Assembly: GCA_950097015.1 (NCBI GenBank)
Contig: CATNEN010000014.1
Coordinates: 806,001-870,000, forward strand
DNA: 64,000 nt
Source of the DNA: Macrostomum hystrix
Taxonomy: Eukaryota > Animalia > Platyhelminthes
Reading direction: 5' to 3'
Both the position numbers and the translations under genes were made by a program. Below are positions 1-12,359 of this stretch, piece by piece (position 1 is the stretch's first letter; each line of letters opens with the position of its first letter). The notes below the pieces were generated by a model. That model made no database searches, was not told the DNA's origin, and saw nothing but the letters and a program-made list of their open reading frames with translations.

Positions 1-135
1 GTTAAAGTAAAGGAAAGCAAAACTACTGTCCTACTGGTTAATGCTACCCTCTCAACTACCCCAGCTAATGCTGGCACATTTAACAGTTGGGTGAGCTGAT
101 GAAAAACAGTTAAGCGTCTTGCCAATGGACACACA
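1..135 (-). mobile_element. SINE-like fragment related to the elements at 13550 and 62120
   Basis: Shares catttaacagttgggtga...ttaagcgtcttgcc...gacac with aatttacagctgggtgaa...ttaagcgtctggctcagagacac at ~13625-13690. Confidence 0.4.
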
Positions 136-863
136 TTTTTCTAGTGGAATTGATATTCGAACTCTGAGCATGAGTAAAAAAGCGAGGCCCCAAAGCCCGC
201 CTTTTATTTTATCAAAATCTCTGTAAGCGAACCTGGAATAGGATCGGAAAGCTGGCTCTAAATTACAGAATATTGCGTTGCTTTGGACAGAGCGACATCT
301 ATATGCAAAAGCAGTTAATCAACATCATAGGATTTCTTGAATTCAACAGCCAGGTGAAATTTTCAGATAAGCTGTGACGAACCGCACAATGTTACGAGTC
401 TGCCGCCGACAACCGTAAGTGTCTCGTATTTATCCTACTATATTAATCCTAAAAGTACTGGGAAACATCGGCATTACGTACTGTTTGAGTAATTTACGGG
501 ACTTGGCCTGTAATTAATTTTTACACTTTAATTGTTTAAGGGGTGCTACGTACTGCTGGAGACTGCTGTCTTATATGTCACAGAAGACAGCGAGAGACAG
601 CGAGTTCAGGCAGGAAACTTTAGAGTGATTGTGCTAAAGCACATTGGAATATGCCGCCGCCCCAGTCCATACATGTACAATTGGCTCGTACCAAACCAAC
701 CTCGCAATTGAACTTTAAGTCAAAGCGGGCTCTCGAGACCATGCAGCCAGCGTCTTAGCTGTCAACTTCAACTCACGACCATTCAAGTCTCAACTCAAAG
801 GATTCTGCTGGTGGGCTTCGTATTAACTCTTGTACAAACTGGCGTATTATTAGCGGGCTGCTA

Positions 864-953
864 TCACAAGCTCGAAATTTCACAACACCGAAAAGCATTT
901 TTTCATTAGGTCGAAACTTTAGTTTTCGACGTTGTGAAATTTCGAGTTTGTGA
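864..953. repeat. ~90-bp inverted repeat (MITE-like hairpin)
   Basis: cacaagctcgaaatttcacaac (865-886) pairs with gttgtgaaatttcgagtttgtg (931-952) with 1 mismatch. Confidence 0.7.
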
Positions 954-982
954 AACCCCCCTTATTAGCAATCGGCCTAAAT

Positions 983-2100
983 CAGGGGTCGGCAAACTTA
1001 TATGGCTCGAGGGTCACAGAGAGAGTACAAGAGACGACAGCGGGCCGTGCTGATAGAGGTGACTTCATATAGAGGTGACTACTTTCAAAGATCACTTCAT
1101 TATCACTTCATCTTAATATTTATCGCGGCTTCAATGAAGACGTACAGGAGTATAAGAAACGGCAACCTTCCGGCCGACAGTGACGCCAGCCGACCCGCCA
1201 GCACCAGTCGATGACGCAGAAATTCTGACGCTGTTAGCCGACACCGTACTACTGGACTGGTCAACAATGATCGGTGGTAGGTCGGCAAAAGTTTTTTTTT
1301 AAAGAAAATAGACTCCTTTTTTGACCATATAGCGGCTAAGTCCTTTTTGCACAGCCGCTGCGGGTGACAGTCTTGCCGAACACCGGTTGGCCAATTAATC
1401 CACCGACCAAAGCGGGTGTGATTGGAGTACTGGAGCTGTCGGTTTTTAATAATCTTCGCTGCAAGGAAAAAGTAAAAACGCGAGTATGATTCAAGAAGCA
1501 GTGCTGGCCGGTATATTGGTACCTGCTCATGAATTCAAGACAATGCTTTTGACGAACTAACAGAAAAATACGAGTACTTACAAATTTTTTTTTGCAAAAG
1601 CTCGCTAACCGCGACACGAAGACCAGCAGCGGTAGTGAGGCCACCACTATCAGTATTTGCCAAAGCAGATTGAAGAGCCTAAAAATAAGATTCCCAGGGC
1701 TACAACGGTGTGGCCACATTCAATAACATACTCGTAGAATTGCGCCAGATCCAAAACAACATAATAATACTCTTTCCTAAATCCACAAAAAATTTTATAC
1801 TATCTTACCAAAGCAATATTTCGCTTTTCGCAAAACCCTGTCACGTCTTCCGACTCGAAGACGCTGGTTTCTCCGCCGCTTTTTGGATGAAGCAGTACGA
1901 TGGCATGTAAACCAGCTGAGTCAGCAGAATCAATCTGAAATTCCATATACCCTCGTTGAGTTTGTTGTACCTGTGGTAGCGTGGCACACACAATTGGTAA
2001 AATAACCAAGACAGGAACTAGATTCCGAGAGAGAATTTTATACCGGCCTCAACGCAGATGCTTCCTGGCAGAGGAACAATCCGGTAGTCAGGCTAGATCA
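983..2100 (+). mobile_element. Possible highly decayed hAT (Charlie-like) transposon
   Basis: CAGGGGTCGGCAAAC at 983 resembles a hAT terminus; LQGKSKNASMIQEAV near 1457 resembles the Charlie LQG motif; no matching right TIR or TSD found. Confidence 0.25.
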
Positions 2101-3261
2101 CCTAATTTCCTCGGATTGCTCTAAGTTAGCCTATAATTTAACTTATCTGACCTTGCTCTGAAACACCCGGTATACTCTGCTTCTAAATGCAGTATACGGT
2201 TTGTTTGCCAATAAGATGCAAGAAGAAAGCGAACCGAAGCAAAGCTGAAGTGTCGCTAAACGGCATGAAGACTGGAGACAAGAAACGTGCATATTCGTAC
2301 AGAAGTTGTGTTTACCATGGCACTAACACCCTCTCAAGGATTCGTCGGACTGTGCTCTACTCATAGTAGGAGCATTTGAGCGTTGTTATGCCAGTCTTCT
2401 TCCGAACTTAAGCGATTGCACCATGGTGTGCAATGTGACTCAGTGCGCAGACAGAGCTGGAAAGAGAGAGAGAGAGCGGAGGGGGGGTGGCGAGCGGAAG
2501 TGACAGTGCACGGGGAACACTAACTACCAACCCTAGCCCTCCCACAGACCTAGAACAGCCTGACTCTCAGATTGCCTGGAGGCTGCTCAGCAGTCTACAG
2601 CACATCAAGTTACATTGACTTAAGGAGAGTAAGTAACATCCGAAGCCTACTTAAAAACGTTTGAATAAAACGGCTAAATATTCCTGAATAAGTAAATTGC
2701 ATTTTTTCTTACAAGCTTACTAGCAGCCTTTCGAAGCTTCCGTTTGGTTACATCTATGCTACTTTTCCGTTGATCAGCAGCATTTCTCAACAAAATGCGC
2801 TCCGCGTCTCCTAAGTTTGCGTACGATGCTCGCAAACTTTCCATCTGGTCTGAAAGGCGGAAAAGGGATTAGTTTGAATTTTGACACCGAGCTAAATAGC
2901 AGTAAAAAGAGAAAGTGATCGAAAGAAGCCCATACAATTTAGCTACCTAAAGACAAGAAAATTGTCATGGTTACAATGTCAGGCGAATCCTCGAGTCAAG
3001 ACGATAAAGATATAACAACAGCATGAAGAAGATTGATTAAAAACTACTCATTTCTACTACTACTCCATACGAAGCATCACTCACGAGTAATACTAACACC
3101 CGGAGTGCAGTTTCGGCGGCAATGCTCCTTCCAAGACATTCTGAAAGCACAAAAACGTTAAAAAAAATAAAATAACAGAACATCTAACCACAAAAGAAGA
3201 AAATACACCCAACAGTATAAGAAAGGAAGGACCTAAAGGTAGGGAGGGTGGAGGGGGGAAA

Positions 3262-6200
3262 ATAGAGGTTAGGACGGCAGGGAGGGTGGGACAGCAGGGA
3301 GGGCTAGCAGGGAGGGCAGCACAGCAGGGAGGGTGGGACAGCAGGGAGAGCTGGACAGCAGGTAGGGCTAGCAGGGAGGGCAGGACAGCAGGTAGGGCTA
3401 GCAGGGAGGGCAGAACAGCAGGGAGGGAGGGTGTGACAGCAGGGAGGGTGGGACAGCAGGGAGGGTGGGACAGCAGGGAGGGTGGGACGGCAGGGAGGGT
3501 GGGACAGCAGGGAGGGTGGGACAGCAGGGAGGGTAGGGCAAGGAGGGGTGGGGAAGCAGGGAGGGCCAGTAGGAAATGCGGGACAGTAGGGAGGGAGAGT
3601 GGGGCAGCAGGGAGGGTGGGACAGCAGGGAGGGTGGGAAAGCAGGTAGGGCTAGCAGGGAGGGCAGCACAGCAGGGCGGGTGGGACAGCAGGGAGGGTGG
3701 GACAGCAGGGAGGGTGGGACAGCAGGGAGGGTGGGACAACAGGGAGGGTGGGACAGCAGGTAGGGCTAGCAGGGAGGGCAGCACAGCAGGGAGGGTGGGA
3801 CAGCAGGGAGGGTGGGACAACAGGGAGGGTGGGACAGCAGGTAGGGCTAGCAGGGAGGGCAGCACAGCAGGGAGGGTGGGACAGCAGGGAGGGCAGCACA
3901 GCAGGGAGGGTGGGACAGCAGGGAGGGTGGGACAGCAGGTAGGGCTAGCAGGGAGGGCAGCACAGCAGGGAGGGTGGGACAGCAGGGAGGGTGGGGCAGC
4001 AGGGAGGGTGGGACAGCAGGGAGGGTGGGACAACAGGGAGGGTGGAACAGCAGGTAGGGCTAGCAGGGAGGGCAGCACAGCAGGGAGGGTGGGACAGCAG
4101 GGAGGGCGGGACAACAGGGAGGGTGGGACAGCAGGTAGGGCTAGCAGGGAGGGCAGCACAGCAGGGAGGGTGGGACAGCAGGGAGAGCTGGACAGCAGGT
4201 AGGGCTAGCAGGGAGGGTAGAACAGCAGGGAGTGAGGGTGTGACAGCAGGGAGGGTGGGACAGCAGGGAGGGTGGGACGGCAGGGAGGGTGGGACAGCAG
4301 GTAGGGCTAGCAGGGAGGGCAGCACAGCAGGGAGGGTGGGACAGCAGGGAGAGCTGGACAGCAGGTAGGGCTAGCAGGGAGGGCAGGACAGCAGGTAGGG
4401 CTAGCAGGGAGGGCAGAACAGCAGGGAGGGAGGGTGTGACAGCAGGGAGGGTGGGACAGCAGGGAGGGTGGGACAGCAGGGAGGGTGGGACGGCAGGGAG
4501 GGTGGGACAGCAGGGAGGGTGGGACAGCAGGGAGGGTAGGGCAAGGAGGGGTGGGGAAGCAGGGAGGGCCAGTAGGAAATGCGGGACAGTAGGGAGGGAG
4601 AGTGGGGCAGCAGGGAGGGTGGGACAGCAGGGAGGGTGGGAAAGCAGGTAGGGCTAGCAGGGAGGGCAGCACAGCAGGGCGGGTGGGACAGCAGGGAGGG
4701 TGGGACAGCAGGGAGGGTGGGACAGCAGGGAGGGTGGGACAACAGGGAGGGTGGGACAGCAGGTAGGGCTAGCAGGGAGGGCAGCACAGCAGGGAGGGTG
4801 GGACAGCAGGGAGGGTGGGACAACAGGGAGGGTGGGACAGCAGGTAGGGCTAGCAGGGAGGGCAGCACAGCAGGGAGGGTGGGACAGCAGGGAGGGCAGC
4901 ACAGCAGGGAGGGTGGGACAGCAGGGAGGGTGGGACAGCAGGTAGGGCTAGCAGGGCTAGCAGGGAGGGCAGCACAGCAGGGAGGGTGGGACAGCAGGGA
5001 GGGTGGGGCAGCAGGGAGGGTGGGACAGCAGGGAGGGTGGGACAACAGGGAGGGTGGAACAGCAGGTAGGGCTAGCAGGGAGGGCAGCACAGCAGGGAGG
5101 GTGGGACAGCAGGGAGGGCGGGACAACAGGGAGGGTGGGACAGCAGGTAGGGCTAGCAGGGAGGGCAGCACAGCAGGGAGGGTGGGACAGCAGGGAGAGC
5201 TGGACAGCAGGTAGGGCTAGCAGGGAGGGTAGAACAGCAGGGAGTGAGGGTGTGACAGCAGGGAGGGTGGGACAGCAGGGAGGGTGGGACAGCAGGGAGG
5301 GTGGGACGGCAGGGAGGGTGGGACAGCAGAGAGGGTGGGACAGCAGGTAGGGCTAGCATGGAGGGCAGCACAGCAGGGAGGGTGGGACAGCAGGGAGGGT
5401 GGGACAGCAGGGAGGGTAGGGCAAGGAGGGGTGGGGAAGCAGGGAGGGCCAGTAGGAAATGCGGGACAGTAGGGAGGGAGAGTGGGGCAGCAGGGAGGGT
5501 GGGACAGCAGGGAGGGTGGGACAGCAGGTAGGGCTAGCAGGGAGGGCAGCACAGCAGGGCGAGTGGGACAGCAGGGAGGGTGGGACAGCAGGGAGGGTGG
5601 GACAGCAGGGAGGGTGGGACAACAGGGAGGGTGGGACAGCAGGTAGGGCTAGCAGGGAGGGCAGCACAGCAGGGAGGGTGGGACAGCAGGGAGGGTGGGA
5701 CAACAGGGAGGGTGGGACAGCAGGTAGGGCTAGCAGGGAGGGCAGCACAGCAGGGAGGGTGGGACAGCAGGGAGGGTGGGACAGCAGGGAGGGCAGCACA
5801 GCAGTGAGGGTGGGACAGCAGGGAGGGTGGGACAGCAGGTAGGGCTAGCAGGGCTAGCAGGGAGGGCAGCACAGCAGGGAGGGTGGGACAGCAGGTAGGG
5901 CTAGCAGGGAGGGCAGCACAGCAGGGAGGGTGGGACACCAGGGAGGGTGGGACAACAGGGAGGGTGGAACAGCAGGTAGGGCTAGCAGGGAGGGCAGCAC
6001 AGCAGGGCGGGTGGGACAGCAGGGAGGTTAGGACAGCAGGGAGGGTAGGACAGCAGGTAGGGCTAGCAGGGAGGGCAGGACAGCAGGGAGGGTGGGACAG
6101 CAGGGAGGTTAGGACAGCAGGTAGGGCTAGTAGGGAGGGCAGGACAGCAGGGAGGGTAGGGCAAGGAGGGGTGGGGAAGCAGGGAGGGCCAGTAGGAAAT

Positions 6201-6330
6201 GCGGGACAGTAGGGAGAGAGAGTGGGGCAACAGGGAGGGTGGGGCAGTAAGGAGGGTAAGACAGTAGGGAGGATAGGGCAGCAGGGAATGTAGGACAGCA
6301 ATAAGGGCCAACAGAGAGGATAGGATAGCA
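3262..6330. repeat. G-rich 18-bp-core minisatellite (gggtgggacagcagggag) with ~1003-bp higher-order duplication
   Basis: Direct reading; the ORF track shows identical peptides at 3286 and 4289 (offset 1003). Confidence 0.95.
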
Positions 6331-6384
6331 GTAAAGTAGGATAGCTGTTGTTCAGAGGGACATCAAGGATCAAGGCTACATATG

Positions 6385-6517
6385 GCTGTTCAGTCCATGA
6401 ACTAGGAGGCCACCATACCCATAATCAATTACCCTAGGTAATGCTGGTAAACCCTCAAATCAAACCCTTAACCTTTAAGTCATGAGTCCAATGCTCTAAC
6501 CACTAGGCTACAACCCC
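6385..6517 (-). mobile_element. tRNA-derived SINE head
   Basis: Minus strand reads ggggttgtagcctagtggttagagcattggactc...ggtttgatt (A-box TAGCCTAGTGG, degenerate B-box). Confidence 0.6.
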
Positions 6518-6819
6518 TAGCAGTAGGTATGTTGTAGGTATACAACCTATATTAAAAAGATCATATTTAAACCAACAATACAAATTTATACTCGTATTTA
6601 TACTGAAACTAATAGCAAATTTATATTAGGTCTAGAGTAGTGTCAATGAAAAAAAGATATAAATATCAAGCAATTCATATAGGCCTAGTATTAGGCAATT
6701 AGCCATTCTAAAGTGAGTATGAATTATACTGTTTATACCATTTCAGCATCTAAAAGCTACCATTTTTTGCTTGCTTTGCTTGCTATATAACTGGTACCAT
6801 ATAGCATATGGTACCAGTG

Positions 6820-7175
6820 GCGCTGGCGCCCTTTCTTGGCTCCTGGCGCCCTTTTTCGGCCGCTGGCACCCCCTCTGTGATTCTCATGGCGCTCCCCTGA
6901 CAGACCGCCCCAAAACAAAATTCCTGGATCTGCCACTGACTGTATAGAGGAGTGGCTAAGAGACATGTTTCTAAAGAAGTAATCAAGAGGGGGCTGTTTG
7001 GACAAACTTTTCACATATTTTTTACTTACAACGCCCTTAAACAAACTCTTCACTTTTCATTAATGCAGTAAATAAATAAATGGTGACCTTCACTATAAAG
7101 TTAATACAGAGACGTGAATTGCTTACTGCTTTGCTTTAAATTTCTGCCCCAAAAACAACGGGCAAAAAAAGCTAG
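6820..7175 (+). mobile_element. Helitron 3' end fragment including the right half of the hAT MITE
   Basis: Matches ~19960-20236 plus 20929-21004; ends with hairpin gcccc..gggc and CTAG (7172-7175). Confidence 0.85.
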
Positions 7176-7471
7176 TTGTTGTATAATTCGCTAGTCTCGA
7201 TTGCAGTAATAGTCCAGTAGGCCAATTAATAAGAAATGTGCATTATTAAGTAGTAAAATACCGATTGTTAGTTGTCATATTATTATGCAGATTTTTTTAT
7301 AAATTATTCATTTTGTTGATTGTAGTGGCTGTCTAGTTGTTTCAGAATATTTACAACTGTATTTACCATATTGCCATGTTGTTTTTGGCCCCGTCTTATT
7401 AAAAAAGGATAACATATGCCAATTGTTGCCAATGCTAATTGGCCATGAGCGACTAAATTATATTAACAGTA

Positions 7472-10033
7472 CTAGCTTTTTTTGCCCGTTGTTTTTGGGG
7501 CAGAAATTTAAAGCAAAGCAGTAAGCAATTCACGTCTCTGTATTAACTTTATAGTGAAGGTCACCATTTATTTATTTACTGCATTAATGAAAAGTGAAGA
7601 GTTTGTTTAAAGGCGTTTTAAGTAAAAAATAAGTGAAAAGTTTGTCAAAACAGCCCCCTCTTGATTACTTCTTTAGAAGAAATTAGAAATTCAGTCGCTC
7701 AGTCTCAATTTTAGCGTACATGTCCACTGCGAACTGAAGCAACAGCTTTCGGCACCTAAGAATGTAGTTGAAGCTTCCTTCTCGGACCATTAGCCTAAAG
7801 GCATAGAAGTCCATTGCTGACACATTCTTTGTCGCCGATGGGTTTCCAGTGCGAATGTCAATTTGCCTGATGTTGATGTGGTACCCATCCTCTCCGTCCC
7901 AGAAAATAAGCGGATACTGCAATGTATCATAGGCTTTGTGCAGCTCAGAAATCCTTTGCAACTGATTGCTTCGCAGCTGCAGAACAATGTCTCGCTTCTC
8001 AAATTCCTGCCCAACAATTTGAATTGCGACATCGTTAACAACTGGTGCGTTATATCTCCTCTCATGCTGGCCTGCAGGCCGTTTATCAGCACGAATGACT
8101 ACTCTGTGCTCCTCTGTGTCCCGTGGCAACCTCTCCATGGCAGTTTTAAATTGACGAACATAATTATTTTTCTCGTGCAGGACTTCCTGTAACTCAAATA
8201 CAATGTTGGCACGCACTCCTGGAGCGATTCTACATCGGCGCTCAACCTGCTCTTGATGATCTCCCATGAAGTAGATCTGCAGGAACTTTGGCTCCTCTCC
8301 AGGCAGTGGTAGCAATGATCCTATGTCATGGTACACCTGACCTTGGACTTTGAATGCAGGCATGAACCCTGGATCACGGACAATACTTTTAGCTCCAAAA
8401 GAAGTCATTTGAAAGCAGCTGTTGTAGCACCGGATATTAGACAGAAAGTGCTCAGATTCTTCTGTCTCACCCAGCAACAGATGCCGAAGGCATGGTGGCA
8501 GGTTCTCGTTCAAAGGTTCAAGTCTGACCTTTCCGTTGGAACAGCACATGCCTGGAGTTTCGTTGGCCCATCTTAATGCATTGCAGCGTGCGCATTTGAC
8601 CGACATTCTCGCCATCGCAAGTTTAGGATGGACACCATAGACAACAGTGGGATCATAACTCAGAGCCGCATTCAGTGCCCAAGGACGTGGGCCAGCTGGC
8701 TGATCAGGTTCGTCAACGTTGGGGTTTGTTGGGGCCGGGGGTGGTCCAACAAATTGGAAGGTCTCAGTGCGTTCCCTATGCCGCTCTCGATCATCCTGCC
8801 GACGCACTTCAGCCTGGTTGGCTGTTTCATTGCGACGGGCCTCGGCAGTCCGGTCTCTGTCCAGTTCTTGGCGCTGCTGTGTCTGGACTGCAGTCTCATT
8901 GCGACGGGCCTCGGCAGTCCGGTCTCTGTTCTGTTCTTGGCGCTGCTGTGTCTGGACTGCAGTCTCATTGCGACGGGCCTCGGCAGTTCGCTCTCTGTTA
9001 AGCTCTCGTCGCCTATCTACGTCTCTGCCGTGACTGGCTGTAGAACTTATTGCAGCTCCAGCACTGCTTCCACTGGTGCCTGATGTCTGTGCTCTTGTCC
9101 GAGGTCGAAGGTTATAAGGCTGGACTGGCTCAACTTCATTTTCACTTGAAGCTGCTTGTGGCTGTGCTGAGGTGCTTGGTCTTGGTGCTGCTGTTGTTGC
9201 GCCGTCTTCTACTGCATCGTTTGGCCTTGCTGTTGCTCGTCGAGCTGCTTTAGTCAAGCGACTTAAAAAACTTTTCTTAGGTGGCATCTGAAAGTTAGAA
9301 GTAGTCCGAATGACAGGGGACCTGTGTTGGAAAATCTTTCTCTTCTCTTCAGTGGGAGAGGCTAAGCCTCTGTATATTTTAGCAAAGCACTGTACGCCAG
9401 CCTCTCTCTTTCTTCTATCCCAGGCTGGCTGGAGAGAAATATCGACCGGAGAGCCCACTGGGACGCCACCGCACTCACCGCACTCAGTCTCAGTGCTGCT
9501 TGGGGGCCAGTAGACAGTCTAGGGGTTTGGGCTGTGTACATTCACGCTTGAAATACAATGTACAGTCTGGGGCTTCGGCGCCCGGGGAAGGGAGGGGGTG
9601 GCTGTAATAAAATTTGGCCCGCAGAGTGGCGGAGGGGAGTTGGGGTGGCTGTCCTCGGAAAACAAAAAGTGACTCACTTTGAGATGATGCAGCTTTGCTC
9701 TGGATTGAGTAGAGATGTTCAAAATTGACAGCATTGTTGGAAAACATGTAAAGTATAAGTGGATCAAATTTGGAGAAAATCTGAGAAAGTGGGGCGACGA
9801 TATGTCGAATTGAGTGATTTTTTGACGATCTTTGAGCAGTTTTTTGCACTTTTGAGCAGGAAGGAAATGATTTTTCGGGAATTTGAGTAGCCTATTGCAC
9901 TCAGCGTAGGTGGTTTTAGGTATGTGCAAAGTTTGGTGCGATTTGGTTGAGCGGTTTCGGCGTCTATAAAGACAAAAGGTTGCACACAGACAGACAGACA
10001 GACAGACAGAGTTTTCACTTTTATATATATAGA
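7472..10033 (-). mobile_element. Helitron derivative H1 (5' end + N-terminal RepHel + 3' end), 2562 bp
   Basis: Minus strand starts TCTATATATATAAAAGTG and ends hairpin+CTAG; inserted at A|T; empty site attaacagta|taatacagg at ~27750. Confidence 0.95.
7683..9287 (-). CDS. Truncated Helitron RepHel N-terminus (23-aa STPR-like repeats, Zn-finger, start of Rep region)
   Basis: ATG of MPPKKSF at 9287; RRNETAVQTQQRQE repeats, CARCNALRWANETPGMCCSNGK, FKVQGQVYH, YPLIFWDGEDGY; ends at KIETERLNF* at the junction to the 3' end. Confidence 0.85.
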   Translation of the reverse strand: MPPKKSFLSRLTKAARRATARPNDAVEDGATTAAPRPSTSAQPQAASSENEVEPVQPYNLRPRTRAQTSGTSGSSAGAAISSTASHGRDVDRRRELNRERTAEARRNETAVQTQQRQEQNRDRTAEARRNETAVQTQQRQELDRDRTAEARRNETANQAEVRRQDDRERHRERTETFQFVGPPPAPTNPNVDEPDQPAGPRPWALNAALSYDPTVVYGVHPKLAMARMSVKCARCNALRWANETPGMCCSNGKVRLEPLNENLPPCLRHLLLGETEESEHFLSNIRCYNSCFQMTSFGAKSIVRDPGFMPAFKVQGQVYHDIGSLLPLPGEEPKFLQIYFMGDHQEQVERRCRIAPGVRANIVFELQEVLHEKNNYVRQFKTAMERLPRDTEEHRVVIRADKRPAGQHERRYNAPVVNDVAIQIVGQEFEKRDIVLQLRSNQLQRISELHKAYDTLQYPLIFWDGEDGYHINIRQIDIRTGNPSATKNVSAMDFYAFRLMVREGSFNYILRCRKLLLQFAVDMYAKIETERLNF

Positions 10034-10211
10034 TAATACAGGGAAACATGTAATACCTTTCTCTGGTAAAGCGATAATTTTTTATTATAATTTTCACTTT
10101 TAGTTCACTTCACTAGCAAGTGATGCCCCCCTTCGGGGAGCAGAAATACTTTTAATTCGTCTAGTATATACTTTTAGCAGCTAAATTTACAGCTTTTTAA
10201 AGCTACAATTA

Positions 10212-10775
10212 ACTCCCCAGTTGACAATGATCCCCCAGTTGATGATGATCCCCCAGTTGACAATGATCTCCCAGTTGACAATAATCCCCCAGTTGACAAT
10301 GAACCCCCAGTTGACAACGATCCCCCAGTTGACAATGATCCCCCAGTTGACAATGATCCCACAGTTGACAATGATCCCCCAGTTGACAAAGATCCCCCAG
10401 TTAACAATGATCCCCCAGTTGATGATGATCCCCAGTTGATGATGATTCCCCAGTTGACAATTATCCCCCAGTTGACCATTACCCCCTATGATCCCACAGT
10501 TGACAATGATCCCCCAGTTGACGACCATGATCCCCCATTTGATGATGATTCCCCAGTTGACAATTATCCCCCAGTTGACCATTACCCCCTAGTTGACAAT
10601 GATCCCCCAGTTCAAAATGATCCCCCAGTTGACAATGATCCCCCAGTTCAAAATGATCCCCCAGTTGACAATGATCCCCCAGTTGACAATTATCCCCCAG
10701 TTTACCAAGATCCTCCAATTGACGATTATCCCCCAGTTTACCTTGATCCCCATTTTGATGATGACTCCCCAGTTA
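10212..10775. repeat. 18-bp minisatellite (cccccagttgacaatgat)
   Basis: Direct tandem units. Confidence 0.9.
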
Positions 10776-10794
10776 ACGTTGATTTTTCAAACGC

Positions 10795-11375
10795 TAGGTT
10801 AGCCATGATTCAAACCCAGGTTTCGCCATGTTTTAAACCCTGGTGGGCTATGATTCAAACTCTCGTTTTACCATGATTCAGACGCTGTTTTTGCAATGAT
10901 TCAAACTCTGGTTTAGCCATGATTCAGACTCTCGTTTAGCCATGATTCAAACTCTGGTTTAGCCATGATTCAAACTCTGGTTTGGCCATGATTTAAACTC
11001 TGGTTTAGCCATGATTTAAACTCTGGTGTAGCCATGGTTCAGACGCTGGTTCAGCCATGATTCAAACGCTGGTTCAGCCATGATTCAAACCCTGGTTTAG
11101 CCATGATTCAGACTCTGGTTTAGCCATGATTCAAACTCTGGTTTAGCCTTGATTCAAACTCTAGTTAGCTATGATTCAAACTCTGGCTTTGCCATGATTC
11201 AAACTCTGGTTTAGTCATGATTCAAACTCTGGTTTAGCCATGATTCAAACTCTGGTTTAGCCATGATTCAAACTCTGATTTAGTCATGATTCAAAATCTG
11301 GTTTAGCCATGATTCAAACTCTGATTTAGTCATGATTCAAAATCTGGTTTAGCCATTATTCAAACTCAGATTTGC
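10795..11375. repeat. 23-bp minisatellite (gccatgattcaaactctggttta)
   Basis: Direct tandem units. Confidence 0.9.
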
Positions 11376-12109
11376 TATGATTTATGATATTTTATTTACG
11401 AAATGAAAAAAATAAATTTAAATAATCTTCAATCACTACTGGCTGAAAATTAGTCTAAATGATTTGACGCAGTGCAGAATCGAACCCTAGCCTAGCCTAA
11501 CTTATTCCTGGTGCCTACACATCGGCTATTCCGACTTTTGGTTAGTGGGTGCAGAAATCAGCCTTATAAAATGAATTTTCAAAGTTCTGGCTTTGTACAA
11601 TGAAGTAAGAAAATAGAGTACACTCAGTCTCGCGGTTGGTTGTGTACATTTATTTCTAATTTGTCTCCAGAGTGCAGGCTTCAAATTCAATCAGCTAGGG
11701 GTTGTTGCGCAATTTGACGATGCAATTCTAACTCAGTGGCTGTCAGTGAAATTCTCAATAGGCCAAGATGGTTTGACCTTTGAAAAATCATGTTTTTCGA
11801 ATATTTAATCCCCTTAGCAATAAAGTTAAGCTTAATAAAAATACGTGTATAATTCTCCCCATATTTAGCATCTTTTGGTGAAGAAATGGTGAAAATCGGT
11901 TGAGCCGTTTTTTCTAAAATCAATCTCCTACCTAGATAGATAGATAGATAGATAGATACATCTCATTTTTAGTGTATAGGAAAGGATGGAGGATTAAAAT
12001 ACTCTAGTGGAAATTTAGCCAGACTAAAAATAAAAAAAACTTTTAAAAGATCGCATTTTTCCTTTCTCACTGCTCTATGTTAATTGGCTTCACTATTCAT
12101 CAACATATT

Positions 12110-12248
12110 CATTAACTAATTCATCAACAGAATTATCAACAGATTCATCAACAGATTCATCAACTGATTCATCAACAGATTCATCAACAGATTCATCAAC
12201 TGATTCATCAGCTGATTCATCAACTGATTCTCAACTGATTCATCAATT
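12110..12248. repeat. 12-bp satellite (attcatcaactg), short array
   Basis: Same unit as 27945-28203 and 55722-58655. Confidence 0.9.
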
Positions 12249-12359
12249 AATAGAGAAATAATTGAGTCATTTGTCATGCGTTAAAGTCATTCGAGAGGCG
12301 TTTGAGTCATTGCATTTTTGCAAAATTTAAATGCTGAATTTTCAAACTAAGGCTGTGAC

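Larger units (their letters stand above)
10113..11993 (-). mobile_element. Non-autonomous Helitron of a second family, filled with minisatellites
   Basis: 5' TCCTCC...(TATC)n...aaacggctcaaccgatt; 3' ccccgaagggg hairpin + CTAG; empty site cacttca|taaaaatactc at 27827/27828. Confidence 0.85.

Noticed and set aside
80-110. Hammerhead ribozyme (ctgatga core)
   Set aside because: No GAAA-containing stem arrangement could be built by eye
3286-6373. Many long ORFs (GWDSREGG / PPCCPTLP)
   Set aside because: Open in several frames on both strands because the repeat unit lacks stops; not genes
6385-6517. Functional tRNA gene
   Set aside because: B-box and T-arm are degenerate and no acceptor stem closes; called SINE-derived
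7683-9458. 591-aa ORF starting MGSPVDISLQ
   Set aside because: The upstream part is the shared non-coding 5' region; the likely start is the ATG at 9287
10174-10876. NWGII / IPQLT / DNDPP repeat ORFs
   Set aside because: 18-bp minisatellite inside a non-autonomous Helitron
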